NCBI GenBank assembly: GCA_965178125.1
Contig: OZ237750.1
Location: 248,001 to 312,000 of the forward strand
Origin: Bilabrum cf. latius
Taxonomy: Eukaryota
Length of the DNA stretch: 64,000 nt
Direction: 5' to 3'
Shown here: positions 41,511 to 53,909 of the stretch, piece after piece
How the letters are laid out: every line of letters starts with the position of its first letter
Position numbering within the stretch: the first letter of the stretch is position 1
Notes under the pieces: generated by a model
Databases searched by the model: none
Told to the model about the DNA's origin: nothing
Seen by the model: the letters and a program-made list of their open reading frames with translations, nothing else
Program-made: the position numbers and the translations under genes

Positions 41511-42002
41511 ATGTCAGTTTCCAATCTTCTATCTAAGAACAGCCTAGACCTGATGTCTCAAACTATTACGTGTAATGTTGTGAGTAGCGACGCAATTAAA
41601 GTGTCCGCAATTACTAACTCTACGGGAGCAGTCATAGGCAATCCAAGTATTGAGTTCACGGACGGAGAACCATATATGGCGTGGGGTGAAACTGTTCTAC
41701 GGTTTGGAAAAAACGGAGCGTCTGCTGGTTGTCAGTTCAGTATGAGCGAAGAAGGAGAAAGATGCGATATTTCACTAGTTGGTTCATTCAAGACTTCTCA
41801 AGAGGGTGTCGTTGGGCTGAGTGAGGTTGCTGGAGCTACTTTGGCTGACGCTTCTACCCCTATAAATACATCAGCAGAGAGAAAGTTTAAGGGGGCTTTA
41901 GTGTATAATGGAAGCGACAACGATGTCTATGTGGCAATTGGCAGTTCTTCTACATCTAGTTGGAAATCCTTAGTGTCAGGTTCACTTATTACACCATCTT
42001 AA
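41511..42002 (+). CDS. Hypothetical beta-rich protein, 163 aa (possible fibre/spike)
   Basis: Track ORF, Ser/Gly-rich, directly upstream of the penton; function is a guess. Confidence 0.65.
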   Translation: MSVSNLLSKNSLDLMSQTITCNVVSSDAIKVSAITNSTGAVIGNPSIEFTDGEPYMAWGETVLRFGKNGASAGCQFSMSEEGERCDISLVGSFKTSQEGVVGLSEVAGATLADASTPINTSAERKFKGALVYNGSDNDVYVAIGSSSTSSWKSLVSGSLITPS

Positions 42003-42053
42003 TTATACCTTAGAACAGTAACCAAATCATCTTAAATATAAGCTTATAGTAAA

Positions 42054-43163
42054 ATGAGTTCTCCAGACCGATTTTACATTACCGCAAACATACGAAATAA
42101 CGAAGATACTTTTTAGCCAGCAACCTATAGCGAAACCCGCAAGTAGCCATTATTAGATAAAGATGTTGGTGATTATACGATGTCAGTATTCCGGTTTTCC
42201 ATAAGCACCAATTCAATACCTTTATGGGTTCCACACATAGAAACCGATAAAGTGAAAAATCCATCTTCAAATCCTAATCAAACGGTGTATAGAATAAGCA
42301 TTACAGATGAAGACGGAGTAAGTTTGTGGACCTCAAGCATTCAGTGGAGACCCTAGTTAACAGGGGAAAACCAACCATCTTTTTCCAATCCTATGTAGTT
42401 TGTTCCTTATTATTATATGTATTCCGTGTAGCATTTTGTTGATTTATTCAACGAAACCATATAGAATGCTTTATCAGCGGATATTACATCAGTTCCGGTT
42501 TTACTCTTTAAAGATGGAAAGTTCAGTTTAGTAGCAAATCCCGATTACGACGAGGAAAACTCAGGACAAAAATTTAAATTAGTGTTGAATGAAGCCCTTA
42601 ACGAACTGATGACGGGTTTTCCTATGGAACGAATGGATATCCAAGATGACGACTTATACGCCAGTATTCTATTCAAAACCCTAGGAACCAATGTTTTATT
42701 CGATGATGGCTCTTCTGTTGGAAAATATGAACCTTAGGCATACTTCGAGGGAAACCCAACGGGAGACTACAGATTAATGATGACCTAGGAACGAGGGAGT
42801 TTAGTGTAGTTTTAGATTTTTCGCGGAATAGTTTTCACATCTTCAAGTCTTCCAGTGAGGAGTGAGGCAATATCCTAGAAATCCGCCTATGGACAATCCA
42901 CAAATACAGATTAGAATTCAGGTTCAGGGACCGAGAGTTTATTAGTGGATATGGACTGTGTATTAGATGACACTGAAACAGTTAATTAGTAGGTTCTTCA
43001 ATACCAGCCCCATATTCTCCACGAAATTGATTTTTTAGATACACATTCAGTAGATAGGATTTAGTTTAATCTTTATTGGAAAGATAATTATTCAAATCTA
43101 AGACCTCTTTATTTACGCCACGGAAGTGTGAGTGTGAAGTTTTTAATTTAGAAACGGAAGTGA
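42054..43163 (+). CDS. Virophage minor capsid (penton) protein, 369 aa with TAG=Gln
   Basis: DYTMSVFRFSISTNSIPLW and LYWKDNYSNLRPLYL..SVSVKFLI motifs; ends TGA. Confidence 0.85.
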
Positions 43164-43268
43164 AATTAGTTTTGTATTACTTTTATGAAGAAACGAGTTT
43201 GCGTTCTTTTCTAAAGAACTGAGTGATAGAATTTTATTCGTTGTATATAATATACAAGGAAAACAAAA

Positions 43269-45035
43269 ATGTCATTGAATACCTTTGCCCTTCAGCCAGT
43301 CAAAGTATCACCCGCAACACTAGATGTACAACCGAAGCCGTATGAAGTTCAAGAAGGTTATGAGAACCGGACTTTCCGTAAATATAACCCCTCCGGGTCT
43401 GCCGGAAACTACAACAGCGGGGTCAACTGGAATATTAGTATGCCTTCAGGTGTAGGTTTGTGCCGTCGTGCCTATGTCTCGTGCCGATTTTCTATCACCT
43501 TTTCCGTGAATAATCAAACCGCAGGTGGTCTAGCACCCTTTAGACCAGATTACGATGCTCCACGCTCCTATCCACTTAATCGCTCCATCGCAACATAGAC
43601 AGTTGGCATTAATAACCTTCGCTATACCCAGAACAACGGCGAACTAATGGACGCTCTGTCCCATTTACTAGATGATGATGTCCACCGTGTGAATTGCCTT
43701 GATAGTGTGTATAGACGCGATAATGTGCCTTCATACGCGATGATGAGTTAGTCTACGAATAACGCTCTTGCTTCGTATGAGGACGTGCTTTAGGACCAAC
43801 CAGCCCGAGGAAGTGGATTTTACAATTTGTATCAAATGGATAATACTGATGTACCCGCAGGTCAAACTCAAAATCGTGTTCTTGTTTTTGAATGCACTGA
43901 GGCGGTATTATGTCCACCTTTCCACTACGAAAGTAAATAGGAACAAACGGCTATATACGGAATTCAAACACTCTCCTTAAATATTAATTGGTCTCAACTG
44001 AGTAGAACCGTGTGGTCTCGTATTCCACAATAGGGCTTAACTGCTACCATTTAGTCGGTAGATGTCCAAGAACCAGTCCTATACCTTGAATAGATTACAC
44101 CTAAAACAGGATTTGTGCTTCCTAAATAGGTCTCGTATGATATTTTTGAGATGACTTCGTATACCCAAAGTCATAGTCCAACAATTGCCGCAGGTACTAC
44201 AGCAACTCTTTACAATAACAATATTAAGCTTAGTAATTCAGTTCCAAGTCGTTTATTTGTGTTTGCCCGTCGCTCACCTACAACCCTTTCAGTAGATTAG
44301 GGAAACACATTCATGGCAATTGATGGAATTAGTATAGAGATGAATAACCATAGTGGATTACTCGCCGACGCATCGCCACAGCAGTTATGGGACTTATCCA
44401 GAAGCAACGGACTTGAATAGCAATATAATGAATGGGCTATGCGTAAATTCGGGGATAGGGTGCTATCAGGTGGTCTGTTATGTATTGACCCCGCCAAGGA
44501 CTTAAGCTTAGATGTGGATTAGACAAATGGTAGCAACGGGTCTAACCAACTGTCTATAACCCTACGAGTGAAGAATAATGATGATGTGGGCTACGATAAT
44601 GTGTAGTGTGTTGTGATTGGATTATACGAAGGAGTATTAAATTTGATTGATGGGTCTAAGTTCGAGTATTAGCAGGGTGTCATCTCACGGGCAGATGTTC
44701 TTTCCGCCTCTAAATTACCCGTAGTATATGAAAGTCAATTAAGCGGACTACACGGTAGGGGTCTTGGTAAAAAGATTAGACACGCCTTAAAAAAGTTCGC
44801 ACACAAAACCGCTGATTGGGTAAAGAAAGGCAATCTCAAAAAAGTATTAAAGGATGGTAAGTAGGTATTTGACACCGCTAAAATGGTGGGTGAAATGGCT
44901 GGAATGGGTCGCCAAAGGAAACCCCGAAAAACTACCAAGAAAGGCAAGGGCTTAACAGGTGCCAAGTTAGGCTCGGGCTTAACAGGTGGGAAATCTTTAT
45001 CTCGTAACCAACTACTCGCAATGTTGTAGCAGTGA
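43269..45035 (+). CDS. Virophage major capsid protein, 588 aa with TAG=Gln
   Basis: DAPRSYPLNRSI, VPSRLFVF, LWDLSRSNGL, CIDPAKDLSL; Gly-motif basic C-terminal tail; ends TGA. Confidence 0.9.
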
Positions 45036-45090
45036 ATATGAAAAGGGTAAACCAATAAATATTTGTCTTGGTATATAGTATATCAAAACA

Positions 45091-45708
45091 ATGTCAGTAT
45101 CAACTGCTGTAATGGTTGCTGGGACTTTAGCCCCTTTAGCTTATACAGGAAGCAAGTGTCTGTATTCTTGGTGGACGAAAGACGGAACTTAGAAACAGAA
45201 ATCGTGCGTGGTTGTTCCAAAAGGAAGCGGTAAAACTACGTTATGTCGTTCCCTAGAAGCGGTGGATAAGGATACGCTAATTATTGATTTAGACGAGTGT
45301 GTAAATGCTCAAATTTCAGGACAGGAAAAGCAAAAGATGGAGAAAATGTTGGTTGACGGTGATGAAAGTACCCACCGCCTCTTTTATTATTCCCAATCAA
45401 GATTAGTGTATGAAAAAATTAAAGCGGATTGGCTCACGAAGAAATCCAGACGTTTAATTGTTATGGTTGGTTCGTTGGAATTAGCGAAAGATTTATTTAA
45501 GGAAAGTTCAATTTTTGTGTGTGTGCCTTCTCACAGTCTTTTTGAGGAAATCCGTGAAGGGAAAAAATCGGGGGACTTATTGTCTGTGGAACGCTCAAGA
45601 ACGAATTTAATCGCTGGATTACATTAGAGTTAGTACTGTGTCTATTCATCCTTTTAGCAACTGGAGGAATTCGTCCGGAAAACCTTCGGTCTTGGAAGTC
45701 GTCTATGA
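45091..45708 (+). CDS. Small P-loop NTPase/kinase-like protein, 205 aa
   Basis: Hydrophobic N-terminus, VVVPKGSGKTTL, LIIDLDE; ends TGA. Confidence 0.7.
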
Positions 45709-46956
45709 GTTTTTTAATACAAGCCTATACTAAATGGATAGTTTTTATACACTTAGTGGCGGAAAAATGAATTCTGGTTTTGTTAAGACGTACATTAGTG
45801 TGAAAGAACCAAAGAGTAAAACAACAAGGACTTGGAGAAGTGAATATCCTTATTCTAAAGAAGCTCTTGAAAAAGCAATTAAGTTTGAAGATGGTCTGGG
45901 AACAAAAGGAAAACCCAAAAAGAAATCCAAGAAGAAATCCACACAATCCAACACACTTCATAAATATTTAAAAGATGGTTTGCGAAGCACCCCCTCTCGG
46001 CGCAGTTAGCTGGCGCAACAGCTTAAAGGTGGAGTAGTGTATGGAAATACAAACGAAGTCCAGAGAAATCTTCAACAATACGGGGATAGAACAATCATTG
46101 CTATGAAAGTAATTAGAACCCCTATTAGTGGTGCGATTAATCGGTTACTCAACTGGATAACCTTGGGAAAAATGAAAAAACTAAAAAATAAACACGGATA
46201 TAATGATTTCTTCCATTTAGCCTTAGAATTGAACCTTGGAGGTGGAAAAAAGATTTATCTTGAGAAGAATGAGAGGGTTAATTTGTCCCCACGATTTTCC
46301 ACCAACAAGAAAACTCAAACTATGGAAGTAAATATTAATGGAAAACCTCAGAAAACAGTAAGGGAATTATTTGAGACCACTTTACAGAAAATTGGAGAAT
46401 ACAACTTTTATCAGTACCGTGCTTTTAGTCTGAACTGCCAAAAATTTATCCAAGATGTTCTGCGCACAAATGGGTTTTTGACACCACCCTTAAACCAATT
46501 TATTATGTAGGACGTAGAGAGTATTGCTAAGAGTGTATCGGGATTTACTAAGAGAGTTGCTAATGCTGCTACTGACGTCGCTGGGTATTTTTCCAAATGG
46601 TTCGGGAGAGGTTTAGATGATTTACCGGAAGATGTCAGAAACGCCTTAATGAAAAATTAGAAAAAGCATAAGTAGAACACAGAAAGGGATTTTGGAACAG
46701 ACTTTAAGGAAGGTTGGGATTTAGCAACTAAAACAGTTGGAAAACCAATTATTGATCCTAACGCCGGATGGGGTTCGGTGTTGATGCCAGAGTGGGAGCG
46801 CGTGAACGTCTCGTTGCGTTCCGATGGCGGTTGCGACCGGGAAGGTGCGACCAAGCCAACGGATTGCTTGCGATGACGCGCATACCCTCTCTGTGTTCAG
46901 GAGAGGGGCGGAGATTGGGTAATTTTTGAAGAAAGTTCCTGCTCCGTTCATTTAAC

Positions 46957-49900
46957 ATGAACGGCGCCGGTAGCCATCGGATCGACCCGGCGGCGCGGGC
47001 ACCTGGAAGCGCCAGGGTGATCGCCGCAGCTGCAGTGTTCGCTCGCGCGGTAGGCCAACCTGCGGTCACGTTGGCCGATTTAGCTACTCGATATGGTATG
47101 AATGATGCTGTGTTCTCGGATTTCATTGCTCGTCTCAACGTGCAGCGCGACACCATGGCGCCTCGAGATCTTGATCTTCAACGTGCACACGATGCGGGGT
47201 TCCTGTGCTATTTGCTCGACAGGTACTCATCAAAGCAGTCCTTCACGGCATCACGGTCCATTAATGCTGTCAAGAGCACCGCTCTCGCCAAGTTCGTGTC
47301 AAATGGGACGCTAACGACTCTCGGTGCACGGCTGCTTCTGCCGGCATCGCCGAGCTCCCCTCGACGGCAACAGCCTGAGCGACTCGCAGGACAAGTACGT
47401 CTTCATCATGTTCAGCAATCTCCAGAGGCTCCTTCTTCAATCGAGTCTCCATGGTCCCTGAGTTCACTACCGACGGGCCGGCGGACAGCTCCTCTTAGCG
47501 GACGGCATCGGCCACCAGGACGCCTCGACTTCGGCGCCGCCATCCATGCTTCACCTGGACGCGACCGAACGGCGTAGAGTGCCACCAGGACAGGCCGCGG
47601 AATTTCGCCCTTGCGGGCGCGGCCAGGCTCTTCGACGACGCGGCAGGCCCCGCTCGCGCGCGGCGGGCGGGCCCACCTGCACGCGTCCCCGAACCGCGGG
47701 CCCCCGGGGACAGCAGCAGATACCCAGCGCAGCGCCCAGCCCAACTTCTCAACGTCTTCACCCCCGCGGCACCAACCTCCACCTGCCTCGAGCATGATCC
47801 CCGGTAGACCAGGCACTCGGGACTTCGGCGATCCGACAGTGCTCGCGGAGGCGCTCAGCAGTGCAGCATCACGGTCAACGGGCCCGGCAGGCCCTCAGCT
47901 TCTTCTTCCTCGTGTGTCTCCGGCTTACGACTCCCCCGGCGTGACTCCGGGCACCAGCCGCTAGCTTGACGCGGTCTGGGGCCGCCTTCCTGGGGATCTC
48001 CAACGGGCAGTGTTGCACTCCACGACGCTGCGGGGAACGGCCGACCCAGCGACAATTCTGCATCTACGCCTGTTTGCGCTGTGGCACAGCATTCCGACTC
48101 TGCGCCAGGAAGAGCTGCTGTCGCGCCTCTCCGCCCACGTGGAATTACAATGGTACTTCTCGCACCGACTGGCAGCCTCGATGCACTCATCCCCGCCACC
48201 GGTCGACGCTACACCCGCTCCTCAGCCACCCCGTGAACCTCCTGTGTCATCTTCTGCCTCACCGCAGCCTGCGTCTTCAATTGACCCAGTTTCACCGGGC
48301 GCAGGCACGGCAGTGGACTCCGCGGCCGTTCGCTCGCAACCAGTGGAGATTTTGTAGCGTGAGGCCTCTGCACCTTCAATCGCTGCAATTCGAATGCAGA
48401 ATTGGTTTTCTGATGATTTCTTGGCAACGTTGACCTCGATCTTTCGCCAATCCGCGTTCATGCCGCGGTTTTGCTAGGCTGACGCGCTTCATTTGGACGC
48501 TAGCGGCCGCGATTTCGCTGCAGAACTGGCCCGTGCTCTGTTTGGTCAGGCCGTGACGAGAGCCAAGATTGAATCGGCTATTTTCTCGTTCACGAGCCGG
48601 CTTCATGCAGCTCTGCCGATGAGCAATGCTAGTTTTGGGAAGTTCGATGCGTCCAACTCGGAGTCGTCTGCTGCAGGCGGACGAGAAAAGTAGGTGCCAT
48701 CTAGCGAGTTACTATGCACTATTTACTCGGCTATTTCCTTTGCTTTAGGCTGTGTGCTCGTGCGCGCTGCTTGCGTGCATTCGGCGGCGTCCTTGCCGTC
48801 CTGGTTGCCGCAGGGCAGCAGCTCGTGGTCGTGTCCAGCATCACTAGTGCCCGATTGGAAAACCCTGGGGCAGGTTCGCAATGATTTTCTTCGTTTGGTT
48901 AGTGCTTCCGGGGCATCATCTGCATCGGCGTCCCGACTAGAGGTGGTGTTTGCCGCTGTGTGTGTGATACCACGCGGAAGTTCAGCCTTTGAGATGCTCT
49001 CCTCCCATGCTTGGCGCCATACAGGCGAACGCTGTGACGTTGAGATTCGTGACCTTGTTGGGAATGAGATTCCTTCGTGCTCTTCTGGCGACTGCATGCG
49101 TCTCCTACAATTGCTGCATCCGTGGGCCACTGAGGCATGCAGATCAGGCGAACCTGGCCTCGTGCGCGGACTGCTACAGGGAGTCCAGGCTGACATGCAG
49201 GCGCCGTCCCGTCGAGCAGCACTGTCCCGTCACTTCGACCCCCGCGGGGGCAGTGGAGGCCGGGGCAGTGGAGGCGGGGGCAGTGGAGGCTCCAGGCGCA
49301 GTGGGGGCGACAGCGACCAGCCCAGTACCGATCGTGGCGGAGGTCGACACCGTCGAGGCCGTGGACGTGGCGGTGCAGGCCAGCAAGGTGGCCAGCACCA
49401 GCGTGCGGACCGGCAGGACGGGGGTTCCACCAGGAAGTCCAAGGAGCCTTCACCTGACCCTCCCCCACGAGGTACGTCACGTCAGAGCCAGCCCAGCACT
49501 CCAACACCAACACTGCCGCAGGGGCGTACGCAGACTACCACCACATCGGACGCGTGTGCTGCTTCCACACCACCTGTCACGTCAACGCCCGCGCTTCACC
49601 CAGTCCTGGTGGCCCTAGCGCGCCCTAAGCGACCGCAGCGGCCGCCCACGGCGTCATCCACGAGGCTGCCAGGTAGGACGGACATCTCTCCAGCATTCGT
49701 TGACTGGGCATATCCAGCTCCGGATCCAAGCCATGAGTGGGCAGGGACGACAGCACCCTCCGTAGAGGACTTCATCCAGCGAAAGGACGATCACCAGCGT
49801 ACCAGAGACTGTCCCGGCGAATTCGTGGAGGCTCCAGCTGCGACGTGGGACCGTGAGCGGATCCACCTGAAGGTTCACGAAGACCCGCTGGCATTCACGC

Positions 49901-52716
49901 CACGCAAGTACTTCGACAAGGTGCCTCGCTAGACTGCAACACTGCGGACTCGGCGGGAGGTTCTGTTTGGCGGCCGCACACCGAGGAAGGCCCCGTCCCT
50001 TGCCGAGTTCAAAGCCCTCCCACGAGTCGAGCGTGTACTGGCAGCACTGAACTATGGTTGCCCCCTAGCCATCGTGGACGAGGTGCCCAAAGAGCACGAT
50101 CTAGACTACAAGGACCGTAAGCTGTCTCCGGAAGAAAAGTGGGAGATCGCCTGCGAGATCGGGCGCTCCATGCGGGCTGGCGAGCGTGACTTCGTGTCAC
50201 CCAAAGATTTCGACACAGCCCGGGCCCGGCCGCTGGTGATCCCCAAGAAGGACTCGACAAAGCTACGGTTCCTTCAGGACTCCTCACTCAAGGTGAACGG
50301 CCAGCGTACCGGTCTGAACAAGGCCATCGACTACAGTGCAGCCACGCCTGTGCAGCAGACGAGCAGCATGGACGTGCTGCGCTCGGCAGCCGCAGCAGTT
50401 CGATCCTGCCCCAAGCGTGCCAGCGGATACGTCGTCGACATTTCCTCGTACTTTCGGGTCCTGCCGGTGGCAGTGGAGGATCTCCAATACAACCTGATCA
50501 AGCTGCCCGACGGGCGCATCGTGCAAGACTTCAGGCTCTCTATGGGCAGCTCATCATCTCCCGCGTTCGCAACTACGATCAGTTCGGCTTTGGCCCAAGC
50601 CCTCGAGGAGCAGTCCATTGGCAGGGCCATGCGACCCGGACGGAGACACAAGCAGAAGCAACGACGCCGGCAGCAGCAGCACGCCAACGCCCAATCCAGC
50701 ACGACGGACCAGGCGCCCCAGGCGAACTCGTCAGCAACGTCCACCCCGCCTGCCGCTAGCACGACAACGGGACAGGTCAAGACGGCCCAAGACTAGTCCC
50801 GCCATTGGTAGGTCGAAAATGAGGTGTTTGTAGATGACTTTGCCTGCCTCGGCGGAGATCACGAAGTCGATGCATGGGCAATTCGAGCCATGGGGCAGCT
50901 GGACTCCACAAACTTCCCCGTCAGCATCTCGAAAGCATTGAAGCAAGGGGCCCCAGCCCCGGTGTTCGAGTACTTGGGCCTCACCTACGACTTGATCAAA
51001 CACGAGGTGCGGTGCCCTAAGGACAAGGCCACCGACGTCCTGCGCAGACTGCACGAGGCACTCACGACGAAGGGGATGCTGCTGTCTAGCTTTGAGACCT
51101 TGGTCGGCAAGTTGTCCTTCCTGTCGGGCGCACTTTATGGTATGCGCGGTGCTCTACGTCCCCTGTATGACGCCAAGGGCTGGGCCCTTCACAAGTAGGC
51201 CAGCCGGTCACGACCAGGTGAGGTGTGGGTCCCCACCTCCTTCGTGTCCAAGGGTGGCTTCACAGTTGGGGAAATCCTCGAGGGATTCCAGGTGGCTATC
51301 CAGCGCAAAGGCGGGCGCAGTTTTCCGATGCGGGGCACCATTGACTGTCCCATCATTCGCACTGATGCGTCGGTGACAGGCTACGGCGCCGAGCTACTTC
51401 TCCACGACACGGACGGAAACATCACATCGCACACCGGCATCCACGGCACTTGGCCGCATCGCCTAGAGGCGAAGGATGTAGCGGCGGCAGAACTTGCAAC
51501 ATGTTTGTTGGCACTGGCGCATTGGCGACAGCACCTGCGTGGACGTGTGGTGCGTTTGTGGTGTGATAATGATGCTTCCGTGTAGCTGATACGCTACGGC
51601 AGACCCAAGAGCCACATCATGGCAGCCTTACTTCGCCCTATCTTCGTACTGCAGACAACGCAAGATGTGCAGATTCACGTGAAACACATTCCTGGCGAGG
51701 ACAACATCGTTGCGGACGCTTTGAGCCGCGGCTCACAGGAGGCATACACGCACCTGGACGCGGTGTATCAGGTCGACTGTCCCACGCCGATCTGGAGGAC
51801 CTTGTACAAGCACGACCATTTCACGCTGGTGGCCACTCTGGACTCAGTGGGTTGCGCACGGCGTGGGGGCACTTCGACAACTTCCTCACGTGGTACGACA
51901 TCGACCGCAGCTTCATGGACGGGCATCTTCCAGCAGCTCGCAGACTCTTCGCGTTCAGGCTCAATGCAGCGCTCTCGAGATTTGCAGTCTTCTTAGGGGA
52001 ATGTTCGCCTCTCAGTGGCGGCACCATCGCTACATACACCAGAAATGCCTAGCGAGTCGTCATCGAGTCCACAGGAGCGTGCGGCGTCCCACGGTCAAGC
52101 TAGCTCGACAGCATCCTCCGGTACTACCACAAAGCATCGCCATCGGCGCACCCGTTGCGTCGATCTTCAGCCCCACTCCGCGCAATCCGACGGTGTTTCT
52201 CGACAGCCGGTTGCAGCACAACAGAGTAGGCTGCTCGGGCAGCTGTCTGTCTCTGCTTCTGTGGGGGCCTCCGGCTGGGAGAGCTCGTCGGTGCGTCCAG
52301 ACGACAAGCCGGCCTCCAATGGCAGCAAGTGCAGTTCATCACGCGAGACGGACGCATCCATGGTGTTGCCATCCGCCTGGGCCTCCACAAAGCCGACGGT
52401 CCAGCCAAGTTCTCCATCCAAGCCGCAGAGCCCATCGCAGTCCATTGCAGAGCCGGACGATGGGCAGTCACAGGCAGCAGGTTCTGCGGCGTGCGAGCCT
52501 TCGTGGCGTGGGCAGCAGCGAGCCACGCCCCAACTGCAGGCGCAGACGAAGACTACGCCCGGTAGCTGGCGCTCAGCTGCCCCACGTCAGGGCCAGTCTT
52601 CGTGGCGAACACGAAGCCGATCGTCAAGGCGCAGGTCGTACGGGCGCTCCGCAGCTTCTGCTCACGAGAAGTTGCAGGAGCGGTGCACGGACATTCCATC
52701 CGCATCGCGGCAGTGA
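46957..52716 (+). CDS. Ngaro gag-like + reverse transcriptase + RNase H polyprotein, 1919 aa with TAG=Gln
   Basis: Ten track ORFs in one frame separated only by 11 TAGs; IPKKDSTKLRFLQD, VDISSYF, LSMGSSSSP, FVDD, YLGL, RTDAS, AELAT, CDN, HIPGEDNIVADALSR; ends TGA. Confidence 0.85.
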
Positions 52717-52910
52717 TGTGTTTGGACCGTGCTGGGGTCGCCTTCGAGGTCATTAGGCGATTCGGCAGATGGAAGTCGGCATCTGCATGCGAGGTGTACT
52801 TGCGGGGCGTCAGGGAAGGCTTGCCTCCTCTGGAGCTCGGCGGCAGGAGCCTCGATTTGAACAGGCCAGTGTGGGTGCTGGCCAGCGCGCTGCGGCTGAA
52901 CTTGGAGTGA
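51573..52910 (+). CDS. Ngaro tyrosine recombinase (overlapping frame, no ATG before the catalytic domain)
   Basis: GLRLGEL (R), GLHKAD (K), HSIR (HxxR), GRWKS (W), EVYLR (Y); frame open from 51573 with TAG=Gln; ends TGA. Confidence 0.85.
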
Positions 52911-53635
52911 GCCACACAGCCGCAGCGTACAAGACATGGCGGTAAGATTTGGCGGAGTAGTGCACGTGCTCTTCCCAGCCCCGGTCAGTCCGGTCAAGGG
53001 TAGCGCACAGGCACAGCTTTGTCAGGTCTTGCCATGTCTGATTGTTAACGAGACTAGGTTGCGCGTACACTCTGGCATCATGATCCTAACGCCGGATGGG
53101 GTTCGGTGTTGATGCCAGAGTGGGAGCGCGTGAACGTCTCGTTGCGTTCCGATGGCGGTTGCGACCGGGAAGGTGCGACCAAGCCAACGGATTGCTTGCG
53201 ATGACGCGCATACCCTCTCTGTGTTCAGGAGAGGGGCGGAGATTGGGTAATTTTTGCCCACCCTCCCAACCCCCTCCTCCTCGGCGGAGTAGTGCACGTG
53301 CTCTTCCCAGCCCCGGTCAGTCCGGTCAAGGGTAGCGCACAGGCACAGCTTTGTCAGGTCTTGCCATGTCTGATTGTTAACGAGACTAGGTTGCGCGTAC
53401 ACTCTGGCATCAGAAAGAAATCCATTCGCATACGAATGACCCAGTATCGGGTATGTATCTGGAATTATTTGGAGGTCAATGTCAGTGTGAAACCAAACGT
53501 TCAAGAGTTATGAAAATGGCGTCCATTTTAAGAGGAAAAGGAATATCCAAGAAGAATGCCCTAAAACAGGCTTGGAAAATATTTGCCTACGATACTTAAA
53601 TCTAACTCTATAGTATAATACTATAGAATACAAAA

Positions 53636-53908
53636 ATGACACTCAGTCATTCAGAAAGAAAAGAACAGGATAAGCTGTATGCCCGTGAATACTACCGGAA
53701 AAACAAGGAAAAACTTGGCGAGTAGATACAATGCTCGTGTGGTGGCGTATATAAGAAGTACAATAAATCACATCATTGTAGAACAAAAAAACACCTTGAT
53801 TGGCTTAAAAAAGAGGAAGACACAAAAAGGGAACAAATTAACATAATGGATGAACTTGATAGTTTGCGACAGGAAATTGAGAAGCTTAAGGAAAAACAGA
53901 CTATTTAA
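53636..53908 (+). CDS. Small C2H2 zinc-finger protein, 90 aa
   Basis: EYYRKNKEK..CSCGG..KSHHCRTKKH, coiled-coil tail; ends TAA. Confidence 0.75.
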
Positions 53909-53909
53909 T

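Larger units (their letters stand above)
46753..53412 (+). mobile_element. Ngaro (DIRS-order) tyrosine recombinase retrotransposon
   Basis: GC-rich island; split direct repeats A1 46753-46928, B1 52951-53080, A2 53081-53256, B2 53283-53412; RT, RNase H and YR motifs; no TSD. Confidence 0.95.
45734..53599 (+). pseudogene. Virophage gene with permuted papain-like (His...NC) domain, 401 aa, split by Ngaro (45734-46752 + 53413-53599)
   Basis: FFHLAL..LEKNERV..YRAFSLNCQKF; removing 46753-53412 restores KPIMKEIHSH...KKNALKQAWKIFAYDT, TAA. Confidence 0.75.
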
